Shown here: in pieces, positions 38,581 through 53,118 of the stretch
How the letters are laid out: every line of letters starts with the position of its first letter
Numbering within the stretch: the stretch's first letter is position 1
Assembly: GCA_012295275.1 (NCBI GenBank)
Contig: CM022672.1
Span: forward strand, 33,604,001 to 33,668,000
Source of the DNA: Chrysomallon squamiferum
Lineage: Eukaryota > Animalia > Mollusca
Reading direction: 5' to 3'
Length of the DNA stretch: 64,000 nt
Translations under genes and position numbers: made by a program
Notes under the pieces: model-generated
The model's input: the letters and a program-made list of their open reading frames with translations, nothing else
Told to the model about the DNA's origin: nothing
Databases searched by the model: none

Positions 38581-41500
38581 TATATAAATGACAGTTTAAT
38601 ATAAATGACAGTGTGTATATAAATGACAGTGTGTATATAAATGACAGTGTATATAAATGATATAAATGACAGTGTATATATAAATGACAGTGTATATAAA
38701 ATGACAGTGTGTATATAAATGACAGTGTGTATATAAATGACAGTATAAATATAAATGACAGTGTATATATAAATGACAGTGTATATATAAATGATATAAA
38801 TGACAGTGTATATATAAATGAATGTGTATATAAATGACAGTGTATATAAATGACAGTGTATATAAATATATAAAATGACAGTGTGTATATAAATGACAGT
38901 GTATATAAATGACAGTGTATATAAATGACAGTGTGTATATAAATGACAGTGTATATAAAATGACAGTGTATATAAATGACAGTGTATATAAATGACAGTG
39001 TATATATAAATGACAGTGTATATAAATAAATAAATGACAGTGTATATATAAATGACAGTGTATATAAATGACAGTGTATATATAAATGACAGTGTGTATA
39101 TAAATGACAGTGTGTATATAAATGACAGTGTATATAAATGACAGTGTGTATATAAATGACAGTGTATATAAATGACAGTGTGTATATAAATGACAGTGTA
39201 TATAAATGACAGTGTGTATATAAATGACAGTGTGTATATAAATGACAGTGTATATAAATGACAGTGTATATATAAATGACAGTGTGTATATAAATGACAG
39301 TGTGTATATAAATGACAGTTTATATAAATGACAGTGTATATAAATGACAGTGTGTATATAAATGACAGTGTGTATATAAATGACAGTGTGTATATAAATG
39401 ACAGTGTGTATATAAATGACAGTGTACATATAAATGACAGTGTGTATATAAATGACAGTGTGTATATAAATGACAGTGTATATAAATGACAGTGTATATA
39501 AATGACAGTGTATATATAAAATGACAGTGTGTATATAAATGACAGTGTGTATATAAATGACAGTGTGTATATAAATGACAGTGTGTATATAAATGACAGT
39601 GTGTATATAAAATGACAGTGTGTATATAAATGACAGTGTGTATAAATGACAGTGTGTAGTGTGTGTATAAAATGACAGGTATATAAATGACAGTGTATAT
39701 AAAATGACAGTGTGTATATAAATGACAGTGTGTATATAAAAATGACAGTGTGTATATAAATGACAGTGTGTATATAAATGACAGTGTGTATATAAATGAC
39801 AGTGTATATAAATGACATATATAAATGACAGTGTATATATAAATGACAGTGTATATAAATGACAGTGTGTATATAAATGACAGTGTGTATATAAATGACA
39901 GTGTGTATATAAATGACAGTGTATATAAATGACAGTGTACATATAAATGACAGTGTGTATATAAATGACAGTGTATATAAATGACAGTGTATATAAATGA
40001 CAGTGTGTATATAAATGACAGTGTGTATATAAATGACAGTGTATATAAATGACAGTGTATATATAAATGACAGTGTGTATAAATGACAGTGTATATAAAT
40101 GACAGTGTGTATATAAATGACAGTAAATGACAGTGTGTATATAAATGACAGTGTATATAAATGACAGTGTATATAAATATAAATGACAATAAATGACAGT
40201 GTATATAAATGACAGTGTATATAAATGACAGTGTGTATAAAAATGACAGTGTGTATATAAATGACAGTGTATATAAATGACAGTGTGTATATAAATGACA
40301 GTGTGTATATAAATGACAGTGTACATATAAATGACAGTGTGTATATAAATGACAGTGTGTATATAAATGACAGTGTGTATATAAATGACAGTGTGTATAT
40401 AAATGACAGTGTGTATATAAATGACAGTGTGTATATAAATGACAGTGTGTATATAAATGACAGTGTGTATATAAATGACAGTGTGTATATAAATGACAGT
40501 GTGTATATAAATGACAGTGTGTATATAAATGACAGTGTACATATAAATATAAAATGACAGTGTATATAAATGACAGTGTGTATATAAATGACAGTGTATA
40601 TAAATGACAGTGTGTATATAAATGACAGTGTGTATATAAATGACAGTGTGTATAAATGACAGTGTGTACATAAATGACAGTGTGTATAAATGACAGTGTG
40701 TATATACAGTGTGTATATAAATGACAGTGTGTATATAAATGACAGTGTATATATAAATGACAGTGTATATAAATGACAGTGTGTATATAAATGACAGTGT
40801 GTATATAAATGACAGTGTGTATATAAATGACAGTGTATATAAATGACAGTGTGTATATAAATGACGGTATATAAATGACAGTGTGTATATAAATGACAGT
40901 GTGTATATAAATGACAGTGTATATAAATGACAGTGTGTATATAAATGACAGTGTGTATATAAATGACAGTGTATATAAATGACAGTGTGTATAAAATGAC
41001 AGTGTGTATATAAATGACAGTGTGTATATAAAAATGACAGTGTATATAAATGACAGTGTGTATATAAATGACAGTGTGTATAAATGACAGTGTGTATATA
41101 AAATGACAGTGTGTATATAAATGACAGTGTATATATAAATGACAGTGTGTACATAAATGAAATGACAGTGACGTGTATATAAATGACAGTGTATATAAAT
41201 GACAGTGTGTATATAAATGACAGTGTGTATATAAATGACAGTGTACATAAATGACAGTGTATATAAATGACAGTGTATATAAATGACAGTGTGTATATAA
41301 ATGACAGTGTATATAAATGACAGTGTATATAAATGACAGTGTGTATATAAATGACAGTGTGTATATAAATGACAGTGTGTATATAAATGACAGTGTATAT
41401 ATAAATGACAGTGTACATAAAAATGACAGTGTATATAAATGACAGTGTGTATATAAATGACAGTGTGTATATAAATGACAGTGTATATATAAATGACAGT

Positions 41501-42553
41501 GTGTATATATAAATGACAGTGTATATAAATGACAGTGTGTATATAAATGACAGTGTGTATATAAATGACAGTGTGTATATAAATGACAGTGTGTATATAA
41601 ATGACAGTGTGTATATAAATGACAGTGTATATAAATGACAGTGTGTATATAAATGACAGTGTGTATATAAATGACAGTGTACATAAATGACAGTGTGTAT
41701 ATAAATGACAGTGTGTATATAAATGACAGTGTGTATATATAAATGACAGTGTGTATATAAATGACAATGTGTATATAAATGACAGTGTGTATATAAATGA
41801 CAGTGTGTATATAAATGACAGTGTGTATATAAATGACAGTGTGTATAAAATGACAGTGTGTATATAAATGACAGTGTGTATAAAATGACAGTGTGTATAT
41901 AAATGACAATGTGTATATAAAAATGACAGTGTGTATATAAATGACAGTGTGTATATAAATGACAGTGTATATAAATGACAGTGTGTATATAAATGACAGT
42001 GTATATAAATGACAGTGTATATAAATGACAGTGTGTATATAAATGACAGTGTGTATATAAATGACAGTGTATATAAATGACAGTGTGTATATAAATGACA
42101 GTGTATATAAAATGACAATGTGTATATAAATAAATGACAGTGTATATAAATGACAGTGTATATATAAATGACAGTGTGTATATAAATGACAGTGTATATA
42201 AATGACAGTGTATATAAATGACAGTGTGTATATAAATGACAGTGTGTATATAAATGACAGTGTGTATATAAATGACAGTGTATATATAAATGACAGTGTG
42301 TATATAAATGACAGTGTGTATATAAATGACAGTGTGTATAAATGACAGTGTGTATATAAATGACAGTGTGTATAAATGACAGTGTATATAAATGACAGTG
42401 TGTATATAAATGACAGTGTGTATATAAATGACAGTGTGTATATAAATGACAGTGTGTATATAAATGACAGTGTGTATATAAATGACAGTGTGTATATAAA
42501 TGACAGTGTGTATATAAATGACAGTGTATATAAATGACAGTGTATATAAATGA
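38581..42553. repeat. Satellite array of mixed 16/18-bp units TATATAAATGACAGTG(TG), at least 4 kb, running into the gap
   Basis: More than 200 tandem units with a largely invariant AAATGACAGT core and variable (GT)/(AT) dinucleotide counts. Confidence 0.97.
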
Positions 42554-42753
42554 NNNNNNNNNNNNNNNNNNNNNNNNNNNNNNNNNNNNNNNNNNNNNNN
42601 NNNNNNNNNNNNNNNNNNNNNNNNNNNNNNNNNNNNNNNNNNNNNNNNNNNNNNNNNNNNNNNNNNNNNNNNNNNNNNNNNNNNNNNNNNNNNNNNNNNN
42701 NNNNNNNNNNNNNNNNNNNNNNNNNNNNNNNNNNNNNNNNNNNNNNNNNNNNN
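42554..42753. other. Assembly gap (200 N)
   Basis: A round 200-N run, typical of a scaffolding join of unknown true size. Confidence 0.98.
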
Positions 42754-45700
42754 TAATTTGTTTCATCCAGGAGGTTTATGACATTTTCAGCTTTACCTAT
42801 GGGATGCAGCTGATCTTGACGTATTATTTTTGTCTGATCTACATTTTTCTGAATTACTGTGACCGGCAATAGGCTCCATTCCCTTATTTCTCCAAAGCTG
42901 GAAATGGACAACTGTTTCTCAGAGAATTCTTTTTCTAGTTCACTATAAAGAAACGTCCATAAACGTCGAATCCATTGTTTTGTTGGATGATTAGTGCTAT
43001 TCCAGTCCACAGCTTTGCCTTGTTTAAACACAGTTTCGTCCACTGTGTCTTTCAGCAACAAAGATAAATCACTGATGTCCATACTTTTCAAAACCAGACT
43101 TTCTTTGCACTCTGAAAATAAACTGACAATATCCTTGTGTAAACACCTATCTGGTGAGCCTTTAATGAGGTCTGTAAACATTATTAGAAGAATTCTATTT
43201 TCTCTGCTGAAAATGCTAAGCTCGTTTGCATTATTCAAACACAGAGGCAGTCCGTCAATTTCGATATTATCATCTTTCATGCAGAATTTTATAACCAGAC
43301 TGACTGTTGCTGTATCAACAAATGGAGTGTTTTCGACTTTTTCTGGTAACTTTCCTATTAAACATTTATCTGTCATCCCTTCTGTATTACATGATTTCAG
43401 AAATGTTATCACATTCTCTGGTTTCACACAGTGCACTTGTTCACCAAGGCCAGCAATTACAAAATTCTCAAAAATCCAGAGTGGTGCTTCAATGATTTTC
43501 ATACCAAGAGTTTTCAGTATCTCAGAAAGTTTCTGATGAGTTTCTATCTGAGTGAAAGGATTTACTCCGGTAAAATCAAACTGACTTGAAGTAGTTTGGA
43601 TCTGCTCATAATCTGGTTTATTGTCATTATTGTCATAAAATGATTGAAGTTTATTGAAATATCCTGGAAACCCATGGTCATTAAAAACAGAAACCCAGAT
43701 TACTTGCTTTAATGTTTTGTGCCTCCTGACAACAGGAAATAAAGTAAGTCTCTCCAGAAAGACTGTTTTGTAAAATGCAGTAACCAGTGATTTCCAAAAG
43801 TCGTCTTTCGCCTTGTTGATGTCAGGAAAAAGTGCATTGTATTGTTTGATATTCATATCAATATTTTCAGTGCCATTCTCATGGAATATCATCTGCATCA
43901 AATTTAGAGCTTTTATGTATGCTGGCACAATCAGCGTTTCTACAATATGCTGATTCCACCTAGCTCGATAATCTTGAGTATCATGCCACAAATTCCGTCG
44001 GGCTTCGTGGTCTAGTGCAAAATGACCATTGATGTGAACAGGCAGACCCGTTTCAATGGGCAGTGGAAGAATACAAAATGCTCTTTTGTTGCATTGGACG
44101 TTTTCTTCATCAAGTCGAACAGCCACTCCACCTCTGGGTAGAAGATTTATATCTCTTCTTTCCCAAGCACTGTATATTTCAGGAGGCAATTCTACATTGT
44201 AAGAAAAACCAAATTGATGAATTATCAGCCATTTTTCTTCCTCAGGTTTATGACCATTTTTTATGTTCATTCTCACTGCAACCTGTTCTTGTTTTAGTTC
44301 CTTAAGCCCGCGGTTTTGATTTCTTGCCTTTTTCACTTCATCAACAATATTACTTAAATACATTCTGTGTTTTTCATCATCTTGTGTAGATGCTTCCACA
44401 ACATTTTCAATATGAATATGTCCACTTTCCTCTATGCTTGCAACTGAAATTTTTCTTATCTTATTAAGAAACATAAGAGACTGTGACATGTGGAATGTGA
44501 AGTTGAATAATAATTCTTCAATTTCCTTTGTGTCTATTTCTTTTTTGAATATGTTTGAGTTCTTAGCCATTTCTTTATTTCTGAGAGGAAACCGAAACAA
44601 TGTTCCTTGTGGATGGAGAGGAACTTCATTTTCAAGGAAACACGAGAAAACATCACTGTATGAAGAACGCAGTTCTGATATGTTAGTAAATCGTGCTCCT
44701 GGAACACCAGGCTCAGCGGTTGGCGTGTACAGACAATTAGGGTCAAGTACACACAGTGTTTCTTCCATTCCTGGTCCAAATGTCAGGAATGTTGGTACAT
44801 CTGTCAAATGATAAACAGCATTGAATCCAACTCCATACTGACCTGTCTTAGTATAGTCTAAACTTTTGCTTCCAAGACCCAATTCTTGTATTCCATCCAA
44901 ATCCTTCTGTGTGAAATAACTGTTATTATAAACACACAATGCCGGCCCTTGCAGAGGTTTCCACCTGTCATCAAAAATTCTTTCACTTGGATGGGTTCTG
45001 AAATCTTTGATAAACATCAGCTCTGATGCTCCTGCATCATCAGCATTCTGTAGCAGTTCATTCATCAGAGACACATCGCAGGGATATCCTTCTAGGATCC
45101 GTTTTATTCTGTTAGTGAGTTCTTCGTGTTGCCCGAAAGCCTGAACAAATGGCACCGAATGTGATTTTATGTCTTGCTGTCGTTTGGTTTTGATTCCAAA
45201 GGCTTTTGCTACTTCCACAGTCATGCAGTGATGCAGGAACTTCATAGAATTTCTGTTACTTAGCCATTCACAGTCATCTAAACATAGTTCAGAGCATGGT
45301 TGTAAAACGTTTCTTTTATCAGGCAGAAATAATGATGTAAACTTTTTTGAAGCACATCCAATTTCATCACTGTTCATAAGCTGGACCAAAATGGTGGCTG
45401 CTTTTGAATAATTCTGAAGATCGGTTTCAGTTAGTGCATTACGGCCACATTTCTGTGCAATCTGGAACATAACATTTGCAGCAGAATCAGGCTCAAAAGT
45501 TTCTTTAACTCCTATTACTTTAAGAAAGAGACGATATTTAAGCAAAGGAGTACTCATTGGGTACAAATATGGTTTCAGTTCAAAATGCTGAGAAAATGAA
45601 ATCTGTTCTGAGCTGATGAATGTATTCACTTGGAATATAACTGTTTTTCCTTGCAATGACTCTGAAATTAATTTATTTGCTTCAGATTCTTCTAATGAAC

Positions 45701-47468
45701 ATTTTTCGTTAAGGCGGTGATATACAGAAGAACATACGTCGGTCAGTTTGTGAAAATCAGCCTCCTCAAGACCATCTGTTTCTACAGATGAGACAGTCAG
45801 CAGATGCTCAATGATGTTCTCAACAGAAATATCAGATTCAGTCTTTACACCAAGCCACTCAAGTGTCTGTTTTGTTCTCATAAAGTTCAGCCTTGATGAA
45901 TCTAAGATTAACTTGTTTGAACATCCAATGTTTATACATTCTTCAAAATATAATGACAATGGACTATCAAGAACTTTATCCGTATAACACCAACCAGTTG
46001 GCCAGTTTGGTGGTTTCTTAAGGATTGGCAAAAATGTGCTATTTTGTATCTTTTCTTTGAAACTCTGTGGACATGTGCAAAATCTTTTCTTAGATGAGAT
46101 ATGACTTTGATGTGACTCGTATTCTCCCAGGTAAAGCAGAATGTATTTACATCTGGTAACTGAATCTTTCATGTTCACTTTAGACAGTGTTTCAACAGAT
46201 TTCACTCGATCATAGAGCACACTCCACTGTAGTTCTTCATTTTGCATTCCTAGGTCAGACAATGCTGAAAGAATATCTGGAGTACAAAAATCATTCTCAT
46301 TTGAGTTTGAAGGGAAAAAGCCATCGCAGTCAAAAAACATGCAAGCTCTTTTTCCTTGTGGGTGAACTAAGTCTTTTGGTTGCCTCAGTGTCCCTGAAGG
46401 AAGTGTTGGTATGCAAGGGGTTTCCCGTATCATATTTTTTATTTGAGGAGAATTGCTTTTCAAAGCAATAATAACCAGGCTGTCTCTCTCTTGATCATTC
46501 CAATATGGATCATTTATGTTTGGAAAGAAGATTTGTAGATAAAATTCTTCAATGCTTAAAGTGTGTCTTTTTATCTCAGTATATAGTCCTGCCTCAATAA
46601 AACCATTCAGAATATTTTGAGGAAGGTCTATGACAGTTTTGTTTCCTCTGTAGTAGTGTTCGAATGCAGCAAATGCAATTAGCCCAGTTCCTTCTTTGAA
46701 ACGTATCAGTGGATCCAACAAGAGCATTTTCTCAAAAGTAACCCATTTTGAATTATACAGGAGTATCTGAGGACTGTCATAAACAATCATTTGATGAAAT
46801 CTTTTAAAAAGTGTTTCATACTCTTTCTCTAAAGATGGCCACAAAGCATAAAAATGTTCAGGATCGGTATATCCAACTGATTTCACAGCTTCAAAAGCAT
46901 TTATCACTGACATTGATACTGCATCTGAAATTAGAGCTTCATTCCAGTTTGCTTCTTTTGAAACAGTTTTTTCTTCCTCTGACTTAGAGCAGAGATGTTT
47001 TCTGTCATGTGTTAAAGCAAATGCACCATTTATGTGCAGTGGCAGAGGAATTGTAATTGGTAATGGTAGGAAACAAAACAAATGGCCATTTTTGTAAAAT
47101 CCATCAGGACATTCATTAAGAGGGAAAATGACGTTTTCTCTTTCACAGATTGATATTGCTGTTGCTGCCAATGGCAGTAGACCTTTAAGTTCCCTTCTCC
47201 TTGCTATATAAATAGATTCTCTTCTTCCGAGGCACCATGAAATAATCCAGTTTACTTGACTTTTTGATGAAAATGCACTAAATACATTTTTAGCTGCGTC
47301 AAATACAGAAAGTGATATTGTGATAATCTCGTTCACTAAATCTTTGCTTTCAGTTTCCTTTTCCCATACATCAGAAAGATGTTTGAGTACTGATGTAGAA
47401 AGTTCTGTGCTTCTTTTCTTAACCTCTTTTCGAACCTCTACAAGAAGAGTAGCCTTTGAAGGATCACT
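42754..47468 (-). CDS. SACS: Sacsin-like gene copy 2, giant exon 5, distal part (end of repeat 2 and repeat 3); truncated by the gap
   Basis: Open frame with GHLFCFLPLP...LPLHINGAFAL, FGQHEELTNRIKRILEGYP...ELLQNADDAGA...GQYGVGFNAVYHLTD...GTLFRFPLR and TGLPVHINGHFALDHEARRNLW. Confidence 0.9.
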
Positions 47469-47469
47469 T

Positions 47470-50243
47470 ATTTGCGGGTAAATGGAACATTCTAACATAT
47501 TTCACATTCTGACAAAACAGCAGCAGATTTCCTGCACTGGACACAAATAAGTCCATGAATTTTTTCATTTCAGCTGGAGAATAATACAAACCACTAATAT
47601 CGCTGCGTTGTGCTTGTAACTCTGTTCTGAGAGGAAATCTGAATAATGTACCTGGATACTCTGATTGCAGTAAATTACAACCAAACACTTTCTCGAATGG
47701 TTTGAACTGATTCTTCATTTTCTGCAACATTAATTTGTTTTTCTGCTTTGTAAGATCGGCTTTCAGTCCAGGAGTTCCAAGAAATGTTTGATGCGGATCA
47801 AATATGACAAAATGATTTCCACTTACAAAACTTGGAACATCAGTCAAGTTGTAAACTGAATTGAAACCTAATCCAAATCTTCCTATTTTTGTGGAATCGT
47901 CCGTTTTGGTTTCTCCACTTAACTTGGTGATATTAGCAAAGTCAGATTTAGAAAACTGAGCATCATTCTGTGCCCACAAAGCTGGGCCCTGTAAGGAAGC
48001 CATTCCTTCATTGATTAAGTCAGTTCTTGCTTCCAAATTCTCTCTTTCATCGTAGAGAAAATTCACTTCAAAAGCTCCAGCATCGTCAGCATTCTGTATA
48101 ATTTCCTTTGGGACAGAAAAACCATCAGTATATTCATGTAATAGATTTCTCAGGCGTCTTGTTAATGGTTCACTTTGTCCATAATTCATATCAAATTCTT
48201 CTGTTGCATTCAGTAGTGGGTTAGTCAAAATGCGAATACCAAGATCTCTTGCCAGATCTGAAGGGATTTGAGCAAAATAATTATTTTCTGTATCATCGTC
48301 GATATAAGAAAACTGGTAAGATTCACAGTACACACAATGTCTCAGCTGCTTTAGAACCAGTCGCTCTTCATCATTATGTACTGGAAGTAGTAAGTCTGTT
48401 TTATCAGTAGTTTCATCTTCTTTCAGAACCTTCAGGATTCTCAGAACTAGTGAAAGATCTGTTGAAACTGACAACCTATCAACACACTCATCATGGTTTT
48501 GCTGAATTTCTTTCAATACATCTATCAACATTTGTGAACTCTGTTTTTCTGAAGCACCAAGCTGGTGAAACATGTCACTCAAACATAGTAAAGATTTTGG
48601 TAGAATGTACCGGTAAGGCTTGAGATCAATATCTGAAGACTCGTCTTTTATCCAAACATTTTCAGGCTTAACAAATCCAACGTCTTCGCCAATCCATACG
48701 ACATTCATGGATGCTAACTTGATTTGAATTTTTGTTGATAGTCTAAATTTACTGAAATAGTGGTACACATCATTTAACTGCATCATGTACATCTGATGTT
48801 CCTCTGCACAATATGTCTGTGTGATATTACTGACATGTTTGACAACCACATCAACACTTGGATTTTCGGTAAGATCAGTTCTGCTCATTAACAAATTGTC
48901 TTTGGTGACAGCTTGCACAGAACCTACTAAGTTTAGATGAGTGAAATGGCACATGTCTGTTGGTCTCCCAATATTTCTCTCATTTTCACCAACAAAGGGA
49001 AGATTCTGAGGGTAAGATGAAGGTCTCTCGGTCAGAACTGGCATCCATTGAGATGACTTTATTTTTGCTAATTGATATTCTGAAATATCGCATTTTGCCA
49101 AGCTCATCAAAATAGCTTCTGCTTTTTCTGTAACCATATCTGGCTCAAGATTTTCAATTAATGAAACTGAATTACAGATTTCTTTGGAAGTTACATTTTG
49201 ATCTTTTTTCAATCCCAGCTTCTCCAAGCCGGATAGCATATTAGGCTGGCAAAATTCTTCACTTGGAAACATGTCTTCACCATAGAAGAGCTTTTGCAGG
49301 AATGGACTGCGAGGATCAAACAAGTCTTTTGCTCTTTTCAATTCTCCCTTTGTACAAGAAGGCAAGAAATGGATATCTGTAGCTTTTTGACTAATTTCTA
49401 CATTATTAAGATAATCATGACTGTTTTCACAGAGAAATCTCATGAATGTTTGTATATTTTCTGTACTGTAATATTTTTGGTTTGGGAATGTCATGACATC
49501 AAGAACTCTGCAAATGAGCTGATGAATGGAAACTTCTTTAGCTCCCAGGTGTTCAGCTAGTTTACGTGAGGAAGTACTCAGCCCATGTAAATACTCTGAT
49601 GGATATGAAACTGGAATTATTTGTGTGGGTGCTATTTCAGCCAGTTCTTCAATTGAGATATATCTTTCTTCTGATGTTTTGAATATTTTCAATAGACTTA
49701 ATGTACTTTTTTCACTGTAGGATATATCTGTACATAAAGATAGGAATTCCACAAACTTATTTTTCACAAATTCATCTGCTGTATCATTGAAATTCTGAAT
49801 ATTTTCCTTTGACACCTGACACAGTGTCTTAATAACACCTTGTGGTGTGGGGAAAGGAATCCTACTGCCTACTGGTAGAACCCACTTAATATAGCCTGGA
49901 ACCGAAGGCAAGACTACAACTCCTAATTTCTGTAAGCACTTGCAGATCTCTTCAGAAAGATGTTCAATCCCCTCAAATCTTGCTGCTATGAAGTTGTCTG
50001 TCAGCGGATGTAACATAATTTTATCATGTGTATATTCTGGTACTAGAGGAATATCTTGCATTGATGACATCATGTCTACCCCTAATTCTTGGGCTAAAAT
50101 CCATAATTCTTTCAACCATTTTTCACCTAACTTGGGTGACGATTTCTCCAAATATTTTGCATCATGAAGTTTGTTGTTATTGAAACACTGTCTGATCATT
50201 TCTGGAAATATCTCAGCAGTGACTTTTATTATTTTATTATATC
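47470..50243 (-). CDS. SACS: Sacsin-like gene copy 2, giant exon 5, proximal part; frameshift at about 47469
   Basis: Acceptor TTTTCAG|GATAT at 50243. Contains YGQSEPLTRRLRNLL...EIIQNADDAGA...GRFGLGFNSVYNLTD. The frame switches at GCA AAT [A] AGT GAT. Confidence 0.9.
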
Positions 50244-50574
50244 CTGAAAAAAAAAGAAAAAAAAGAATAAATATACCTTTAACATTTTATTTTATTAAAA
50301 TATACACCATAATTGAATATAAATCTATGTAATTATAAAATGTTAGAAAAGAAAATCGCTATAAAATATATGAAAAAGAACATTTGAATTATGCACAGTT
50401 AAGCCACCTATTTCACGTTTCTTATTTCACATATGCTATACCTGACGACTTTAAATAATTATCTTTTAAATAGCAAAAGTTATTTTTCTTTTGTTGTTAC
50501 CAATAACATATTTAATCAATATGTTACAGAAATAATTTTGATATCGTTAATTATTTATCCTACATATTTCATAC

Positions 50575-52087
50575 CATTGTCTGCCATATTAGCAAAGTAG
50601 CAAAGCTGATCAACAGTGGGTCTGATTAGAAGACCTTCCAAACTTGGAAATAGATGAGTTTTCTGTGGACAGAAAAAGATATTTTGCTTTGCAAATGTCT
50701 GGAATGATCCATCAACCACAGGAAGCAAAGTCAGTCCTTCAAGGCAAGTGTATGAAGATGAAGATGAGAGGAGAGCATATGTCAAAAGATGTTGTTTTTC
50801 CTCATCACTATAGCGAATGTACTGATCTGAAGTTTTCAGCAAGTTACACAGCCCTTCTGGACTGACTTTGGACACACAGCTCACAATTTTTTTTCACAAT
50901 TTGATCTGGAAGCTTCACAACATTCTTTCCATAATCCAGATACGTCTTTGTGACTGTATTGAAAACTGATAGTTCAACTGATGGTTGCTCATTCAGACCA
51001 AGAATAATATCTTTCATTAGAAGCCATTTTCCCCCATCGACTTCACTGAAAAATGCTTTTGTTTTAAACAGTTTTTTGTAAAATGGCTTCAAGAAATCTT
51101 TCCAATGAGCAGGACGCTTTGAATCATCAGGAAATGAACCATAAAAGAGATCAACATCTTCAGTGGAATTATTTCTTTCCTGGGATAGTTTTCTGAGTTC
51201 TTTAATGAGTATAATGTAAGCTTCTGGAAGAGCTTCTGAAATCAGACAGTGATTCCAGTCATCTTGTTTTTCCTGATCTCGAGACCATTTAACTTCTCTG
51301 CGATCTTGAGTTAGTGCAAAAAAGCCATTGACGTGAACAGGCAAGCCTGTATTATTTCCTGCACTAAGAGGCAGAGGTAGAAAACAAAAAATATGTCCTT
51401 TCATTAGGTCTTCGTCTGTCAGAGGATAAGCAACACCAACATAAGGTGAGTAAGAAAGGTCTGTATCAGAACAAAGATTTCTGAGGGTCTGAGATACTGG
51501 TTCTGCCATGTAGAAATTCACCACCATCCAGTCATGTGAGTTGCATAGGGTAGGATGTCCAGAACTGAACTTTACTGTTTCAACAGAAAACCGATATGTA
51601 GAATGAAATGACTTAGGTGGGATCTTGCCACCAGCATGTTCAAGCTCTATTTGGAATAGTTTTCTTTCTCCACGAACACGATTTAAATATTGTGTGGCTA
51701 TGTTGACAGTATAAATTGTTTCTGCATTCGACAAGGAGCCAGCTCTCCTAAAAAGAGATATTTTCTCGAGAGACTTTAGAAAGAGAAGGATCATTTCTGC
51801 CTCTGAAATGAAATTTTCAAAGATATTTGTTATATTTTCTTCTGTATACACGTTTTGCGAAAGATCGGATTGAACCAGTCGCAGTGGAAACCAGAATAAA
51901 GTGCCATTGTAGAATCTACTATTTAAGAAAGATTGTGAAAAATCAAATGTTCCGCCAAAGACATTAATAAGTGCTTTCAGTGTATGATCATCCAAGTTCT
52001 CTAGTTTTCTCATAAGACAGACTTCATCTTTTGGCTGATGTGGATTAATAAAAAGGATCCATTCCCCACTGACAGTGCAAAGCCAGT
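50575..52087 (-). CDS. SACS: Sacsin-like gene copy 2, coding exon 4 (1513 nt; +1 frameshift in the T8 run at 50887-50894)
   Basis: Same splice sites as copy 1 exon 4 (1512 nt, T7 at the equivalent site). Confidence 0.9.
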
Positions 52088-52300
52088 CTGAAATAAAACG
52101 TAGCTATTTTGAATCTGTTCTATAGACCTGGCCAACATTTCTTTAAACGATGATTAAATTGAAGACAAACAACAGGAAGGTGTACAAGGCAGCAAAATCA
52201 ATTTAAAAACTATCATGTGAAAATGTGTACTGCTTTAAACAAAAACTTTATTTTTTTTTTAATTTCTCTCTTAGTTAGATTTATTTTAATATAGATACAA

Positions 52301-52332
<32 letters not shown>

Positions 52333-52536
52333 CAGTTAAAAGAGAAGAAAAATTTATTCCGTGATATAACACTGAAATAGTTATCTGCTATAACCTGTTT
52401 TATATTGGAATAGTCAATTGCATTTTATTAATGAAAGTGAGTGATGGGTTTAATGCATAAACAAGGCCTATTCATGTTTCATAGAGTGACAATACATTTG
52501 TCCATTGTTATTATCTGGATAAGTTTCTATTTGTAC

Positions 52537-52684
52537 CTGTGAAGTGAAATACAGATTTGAAACCCAGTCCATAGCGTCCTACTTTAAGACGGTCTTTTTC
52601 TTTCATGCTGCTCTGGATCATTTGGATTCCTAACCAGTCTTTTTCAGTGAACAGTGCATCATTGAACACACAGAGGCCAGGACC
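52537..52684 (-). CDS. SACS: Sacsin-like gene copy 2, coding exon 3 (148 nt)
   Basis: Near-identical to 4468-4615, with AG/GT boundaries. Confidence 0.9.
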
Positions 52685-53049
52685 CTGTAATAATAGAAAC
52701 AGTGTATAAGTATAGTTTTATTGTTTGATATAGAATTTCCACCAGTAGATTTGTTAGCTATTATTATATTCGTAATATGTTTAAAAATTTAAATAAAGAA
52801 AGAAAGAATGCAAATGTTTTTTTTATCTTTTTACATTTTCCTACCACGACAGAGATTGCTTTGCATGTAATATACATCCATGGTTAGAAGAATATTTTTA
52901 TCAAACTGTAAATGTGTCTACACAATTGGGTAAAAACATCAGCAGTTTTCTGAATCATTCAGAACAGGAAGAGAGAACATTTTGTAATCTGTGTCAGCCA
53001 CATTTTCCGACTCTTTATGTTAAAATGTAATTTAATCATATAATACTAC

Positions 53050-53118
53050 CTTTATAATTTGTCCTTTTGGATCCTGGTCCAGTACTGATTTCAGCTGCTT
53101 GATGAGACTAGGCTGTTT
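53050..53118 (-). other. Intronic duplicate (pseudo-exon) of the first coding exon, copy 2
   Basis: Equivalent of 4979-5047. Confidence 0.85.

Noticed and set aside
38353-42553. CRISPR array
   Set aside because: There are no unique spacers and no cas genes, and the context is eukaryotic; these are plain tandem repeats.
38596-42766. 940-aa and 1148-aa His/Cys-rich repeat ORFs (YTHCHL, IYTLSF)
   Set aside because: The minus strand of the satellite unit has no stop triplet in any frame, and mixed 16/18-bp units shift frame constantly, so there is no sign of coding constraint.
38517-47498. 2993-aa ORF as a single protein
   Set aside because: It is a chimera read through the N gap: real sacsin sequence (42754-47468) joined to translated satellite.
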